From: Phaeosaccion multiseriatum
Taxonomy: Eukaryota; Protista; Ochrophyta, other classes
Reading direction: 5' to 3'
Length of the DNA: 64,000 nt
NCBI GenBank assembly: GCA_965112735.1
Contig: OZ218963.1
Location: forward strand, 3,162,001-3,226,000
In this document: one piece after another, positions 58,895 to 64,000 of the stretch
Position numbering within the stretch: the stretch's first letter is position 1
Layout: the number at the start of each line of letters is the position of its first letter
Notes under the pieces: model-generated
The model's input: the letters and a program-made list of their open reading frames with translations, nothing else
The model's database searches: none
Told to the model about the DNA's origin: nothing
Made by a program: the position numbers and the translations under genes

Positions 58895-61800
58895 ATGGTG
58901 GAGATTGAGCAACGAAGAGCGGCTTGTGACCATTGCAGGTACGCTGGGAGGGGACTGGCCCGGATCGATGTAATAGTCGCTCCGACCAGCCGAAGATGCC
59001 AGCAATAGGGACAAAAGGCAATCGGACGGCCCGGACCCTCCAGGGGTCCGCCACCCGTGGTTTAGACTTGAGTAATCCTCACCTATCTATGCATGGGCGT
59101 CACCTACCTACGCGCATTGGTCATCACTTCACATGGGCTTAAGTCTGGCGCGCATACTGCCCCCCTCCTTCCCTTTTATCTCTTTTTTTATCACTATTTA
59201 CAGCTACGCCAAGAAGAAATGCGACGGAGGAAGGCCCTGCCAGCACTGTCTAAAGAAAAGAGAGTGTGTGTATGGGTTGCAGAAGAAGAGGTATGTTGTA
59301 GAAGGGGAAGCTGGAAGGATGGTGCAAGGGGTGAGGAAGGGAAGTGGAAGACGGGGGAGGACGATTCTTCTTTCATTTTCCTTGTGTTGGCGCTTTCTTG
59401 ATTTCCATTCTTTCCCCCTCATTCCTACCTGTTCGTCGGTAAAAGGGGTCCGGCGAAGGGAAGTAAGTACAAACCGCGGAAAAAGGCCGCCTTGTGCGCC
59501 GCCTTGGGGGCGGAGCGGGGTGTGGACACCAAAAAATCCACCAAAGAGAGCCAGAGCAGAACCAGGACCGAGCAGCGGGATGACCCGGATCGAAAGTTTG
59601 GGCCCGGCTTTGCTGATGGGTTTCTGCTGAGAGGACGGGGCGGGGGCGGCTGTGGGGGGTCCCTCCCGCAGGTGCTGGTGCCACAGACGCGCCAAAGTGT
59701 AAGTGGCTCAACCACACCCTCCGCAGGGCAGGAGGCAGCAGCGATGGCAGCGATGGCTCCGTTCGCGCCCCCTCCCAACTTGGGGGGGGGGAGGGGAGGT
59801 GGAGGAGAGCTGGGGTACGCTCATCGCTTTCCAGACCCGTTCAGCAGCACGAGCAGTGGTGCGGTCGACATCACTGACTCCGCCGTTAGACCGGGCTGTG
59901 ACTCCGGCTTGGAGGAGCAGCAACGCTACCAGCAAAAGTGCAGACGGTATGCACAACTTGAAGCAGACTCCTCGCTTGGGGGAAGCTCTGCCCCTGCTCA
60001 TGTCAAAGGCAGCGACAGTGGGAGCAGTGTCGGCAGCAGCAGAAGTATGAGTCCGTACCTTAGTTCGGGCAGCGCTAGCTCTTGGTCTCCTGCTACTGTT
60101 GCTACTTTCGGGAGGGGGACTCCCCTCAATCACCCCCTTGCCGGGTCGCCACGTTTCCGTCCAAGCATGGCCACCGGCCTCAGTGGGATGCAGGAGAATG
60201 AGTGTATTGCCCATATGCTCAAGTCCTTCGGAGGGGTTCTGCCCGTTGCGAGTGAGGCCAGCCTACGACGTTCCCTATTTCGAATGTTTTCAGGCCCGGA
60301 GACGAAGAAACAAAGTCGGGAGTTGATCCAGTCACCTCCGCAAGCCAACGAGGCAAGAGGAGGAGGAGGAGGAGGAGGAAGAGGAGGAGGAGGAGGAGCA
60401 GGGTCTGGAGGAGCAGGGGCAGGAGGAGCAGCAGCAGCAGGAGGAGGAGGAGGGTTCATGCGGCAGCAACCGCTCAGAGAACCGACTGGGGAAGATGAGA
60501 TTGGAATGGCGGCAGAAGCTGTGATGTGGGCGACACTGGCGCTGGGCGCGGTGCTGATGGGGTCCAACGCCTTCGGATGGTACTATACGAACGCGTCTCA
60601 GACGCTGCAGATGGTCAAGCACATTGTGTGCCCAGACGTGGTGAGGGCTTGTCTCCTCGCAGGCACAGGTATGTGCGGCCATTGCGATTGCATACATGTT
60701 TGGTTCTATCCGACCCTCCCCCCCCAACCGCCTAACTCGACGTTCCAAACCCTCGCGCCCTCTCACCCTCTCTGGGTGATCTTGGTGATCGCGATGATCG
60801 TGATGGATGGTCAGCGTGCTGCATGGTGAAGAACATGGATCTGTTCTCAGAGCTCATCACCGACGCTCAAGAGCTCTTCAACATGCTTCCTCAAGGAGAG
60901 GCCACCGACCCCTCTCTCAGGGCGAGCATGGAGGTGTACACCCACCTCGTCAAAGACCCCATGGTGGACCCCTACCTGTATGAAGAAGAGCTCAAGGCCT
61001 TCCATCTAATGACGCCTTTGACCGTTCATACCACCGCGGTACGTACGGAGTTGCGTGTGATGCTTGCTGTATCGCATGCTTAGGCGTGTAAGTGAGGAGC
61101 TCCCCCCCCCCGGCCCGCCGTTCTTCGTCCCTCGTCTCTGTCTCACTTTTCCATCGCTCTCTTGTTTTGTTTCATCTGGCGGGAACCCCTCCTTCCTCTC
61201 CTTTGTTGCCCTTGTCATTACTTACATTCTTCTTGACAGGCCGTGCGAAGCTATGACCTGCCTCTCGTGTTCAAGCACTGTGAAATGCAATACACAAAGT
61301 CTTGGATGGAGCAGCGCCGACTCGAGGAGTTTGGGGCCGTTTTCTCGGATCTGGAAGGACCGCTCTACGACGGTTTCGTGTACAGCCTCAAGCTTGAGAA
61401 CCTGTTACAAGCCGCAGTGGTGTCGATTAAGGTGTCCACCCAACCCAACTCAGGTGTGTGGGGGATTTAAAAGACAGGGTAAGGCATAATAACTTGATTG
61501 TCTTGTCTCTCTCTTTATCTTTGGTGAAGCTGTGAAGGACACGATAGTCAGTTGGAAAGAAGTTGGTAGCACGTCCACTTCTGGAGGCTGTGTGGTGAAC
61601 CATAATGCCGTTGGTAGGGCTGTGTGCTGCGGTGCTATATAAGACCGTCGTCTTCCTTCCTGTGACTCTTCGACATGACCTCCTGTCTTGTAGCGGTTGT
61701 TCCTCTCGCCCTCGTCTTGTCTGATTCATCCCCCTCCCCCCCCCCCGCCCTTTCTCTTACCGTCTTTACTTATTCTTACGTAACATTCCCCCTCCGCCCT

Positions 61801-62903
61801 ACCCCACCCCGGCTTCCCCTTTGCCTCTCTTCCCGCCGCATGCATGCACACCCCCCTTGTCCTTACCATAGCAATGAGCTTAAGCCTCATCTCGGCGTGG
61901 AAATCATTCAAGGACGCCCTCGGAGGCAACATCTTCGATGCGGTGAAGCAGGCTGAGGAGGTGGCGGATGCTCTCACCGCGGACAGCGGTTGCTTACGGT
62001 GGGACCCCATCTGGCACTACGCACACGTCACCGCCTTCGTGCTGGCACAGTAAGTCAACCACAAATCACAATCGCCACCAAGCACACTACTGTCTGTGTG
62101 TGATCCTTTTGTTATTTGGGGGCACAGGGGGGGTGGTGCTGAGCTTATGGACACGGAAGGTTGCGCTCACACATGTGTACAGATTGAACTCCAACAGTAG
62201 TGTGCGCGCTTTACGATCAAGCGGCACTCACTATGTGTCTCAAAAACTGTCTTTACTCTCCCCCCCCCCCCCCCACGTTTCTACTCCTGCTCCTAACCCC
62301 CTTTCCCTGTCCTCCTCCTCCTCCTCCCCTGCCTTCTTCTTCTTCTTCTTCTTCTTCTTCTTCTTCTTCTTCTTCTTCTTCTTCTTCTTCTTCTTCTTCT
62401 TCTTCTTCTTCTTCTTCTCTGTTTCCGTCTCCTCCTCCCCCTCTGCCTCCTCCTCTTCCCAGGCTGAGTCCGCGCAAGTACGGCCTGCTGGCCGCTGCGC
62501 ACAACAAGTTCACCGTGGATCCCAACTACTTCCTTCCCTCCGACCCTTCCCGCCTCGATCACTCGCGATGCTGCTCCATCCCTATCTGCCAGGACCTTTG
62601 TCGGAGAATCACGATCGCCAATCCCGTCTTCTCCAACTCGGTACGTTCGAACACAGATTCACAGGCAAGTTGATAAGTTGGTACATTGGATACACCTACT
62701 CTTTTGCCCTGTTGATCATCCCTCCCCCGCGTTCCTCCCCCACCCGCCGTCTCGTCTTTTTGATCCCAGCAACAAAGCCCCGTACTCTTTGAAGTCCCGG
62801 GGCAGCAGCAGCAGCAGCAGCAACAACAACCACCACCACAGCAGCAGCAGCAACAACAACAACAACCACCACAGCAGCAGCAGCAGCAGTGGGAGTTGGC
62901 AAC

Positions 62904-62954
<51 letters not shown>

Positions 62955-63069
62955 TCAACCAGCACCACAGCAGCAGCAGCAGCCAGTGGAGGACATATGG
63001 GGCTTACCTGCGCAGCAACAGCCGGTGGGGGTGGGGGGTGGGGATTGGGGGTACCAGGACAAGAGATAG
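58895..63069 (+). CDS. Zn(II)2Cys6 binuclear cluster transcription factor
   Basis: Exons 58895-58938, 59204-59290 and the next join to MVEIEQRRAACDHCSYAKKKCDGGRPCQHCLKKRECVYGLQKKRGPAKG (C-x2-C-x6-C-x5-C-x2-C-x5-C). Several further exons; Q-rich last exon whose stop is uncertain because of G homopolymers. Confidence 0.88.
62333..62417. repeat. (TTC)n microsatellite in an intron
   Basis: Directly visible. Confidence 0.95.
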
Positions 63070-63558
63070 CATCAGGAGGGATCAGACCTCACGAGCGGCA
63101 CTACGAAGGTCTAGGCCACGAGCAGTAGCAGGAGCAGCAGCAGCAGCAGCACAGCAGCAGCGGCGGCTACGGCAGCAGTAGCAGCAGCAGCGTTGGCAGT
63201 GTTTCAGCAGTGGAGGCCTTGATATTGGAAATCACTAATTGCAGCATCTTGATTTATAGCTGAGCGACAGCAGAGGAGAAGTGACCCAACTTGGCCTGGA
63301 CAAAAACTAAATTTTTACACTCCAGAGAGAAGTAATCATAAGGCCTGGACATACAAAAAAATTCCACTTTGATTTATTAACACTCATTTTGCGTAAGAAT
63401 CGCCCACATGGCCCGTTCTTTTAGGGATCGGGCGGCAAGGGGGAGTGCTCTTGCAGAAATGCCGACAAGTAGGGAAGGGGAAAGGGATGAAAGCCGAAAG
63501 ACTATGGCTGGATAGTCTATGTGTAAAGTTCCAATCAATCAATTGATCCATCAGTCAA

Positions 63559-64000
63559 TCAGCCTTTCCATCGCACCAGTGTTAGACCGTCCCTCAAGGG
63601 AAGCACGACGATCTCTACCCGAGGATCGGCGTTGATGTGGTCATTGAAGTCCGCAAGGCTCTCGGCGATTCTTCTCCGCCTCTTCACTCGTTTGGCCAGG
63701 ATTTTGTCCTCCTTTCCTCCTCCCCCTCCGCCTGCTCCTGCCTCTGCTCCTACTGCTGCTGCCGATGCTACTGTTGTTGTTGTTGCTGCTGCCGATGCTA
63801 CTGTTGTTGCTGCTGATACTCCTTCAACTTCAAGCCCTCCTACCTCGCTCAGTGCTTCACCACTGCTGCTACTGCTGCTGCTGCTACTGCCAATCTGGCT
63901 TGCCTCCTCGCTCCTCTCGTGCTCCACTTCCAGAACTTCCCCATGAAACATGACATTGTCCACCAGCAAGAGGCCCTTCTTGCTCAACAAGCGATTGTCC
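63559..64000 (-). CDS. 3' end of a cation-dependent O-methyltransferase (CCoAOMT/Methyltransf_3 family)
   Basis: LLSKKGLLLVDNVMFHGEV...LADFNDHINADPRVEIVVLPLRDGLTLVRWKG*, with a Ser/Ala/Gly-rich insertion. Confidence 0.9.
   Translation of the reverse strand, partial: DNRLLSKKGLLLVDNVMFHGEVLEVEHERSEEASQIGSSSSSSSSSGEALSEVGGLEVEGVSAATTVASAAATTTTVASAAAVGAEAGAGGGGGGKEDKILAKRVKRRRRIAESLADFNDHINADPRVEIVVLPLRDGLTLVRWKG

Noticed and set aside
1-64000. tRNA, rRNA, snRNA, riboswitch or SECIS elements
   Set aside because: None recognised by eye, including near the glycine cleavage genes; an Rfam scan would be needed to exclude them.

Overview
Gene-dense, intron-rich eukaryotic nuclear DNA with GT-AG introns of about 80-650 nt and many microsatellites. 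Gene content (class II aldolase, CCT protein, DOT1, Zn2Cys6 factor, sulfotransferase-like proteins) fits a stramenopile/ochrophyte alga; this is inference only. About 20 spliced genes can be rebuilt by hand: FBA class II, a PDZ-PH-ankyrin-FYVE-R-SNARE protein, an RRM protein, a CCT protein, SF3B5, QCR9, DOT1, glycine cleavage H and T, two sulfotransferase-like genes, AAR2, an AN1 zinc-finger protein, LipB, a large PH protein, eIF4B-like, a triple-RRM protein, a Zn2Cys6 factor and a partial O-methyltransferase. Fourteen genes form seven head-to-head pairs with 200-600 bp spacers. The most unusual signal is three different non-autonomous inverted-repeat elements that share a 12-bp terminal consensus (TCGRCYCYNGAC), appear to make 6-bp target duplications, each carry their own subterminal repeat word, and nest inside one another. 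Other highlights are the divergent GCSH/GCST pair with LipB 14 kb away, a divergent sulfotransferase pair, a GC-AG intron in AAR2 and a truncated CRE-like retrotransposon. Exon boundaries were read by eye and no database searches were run.
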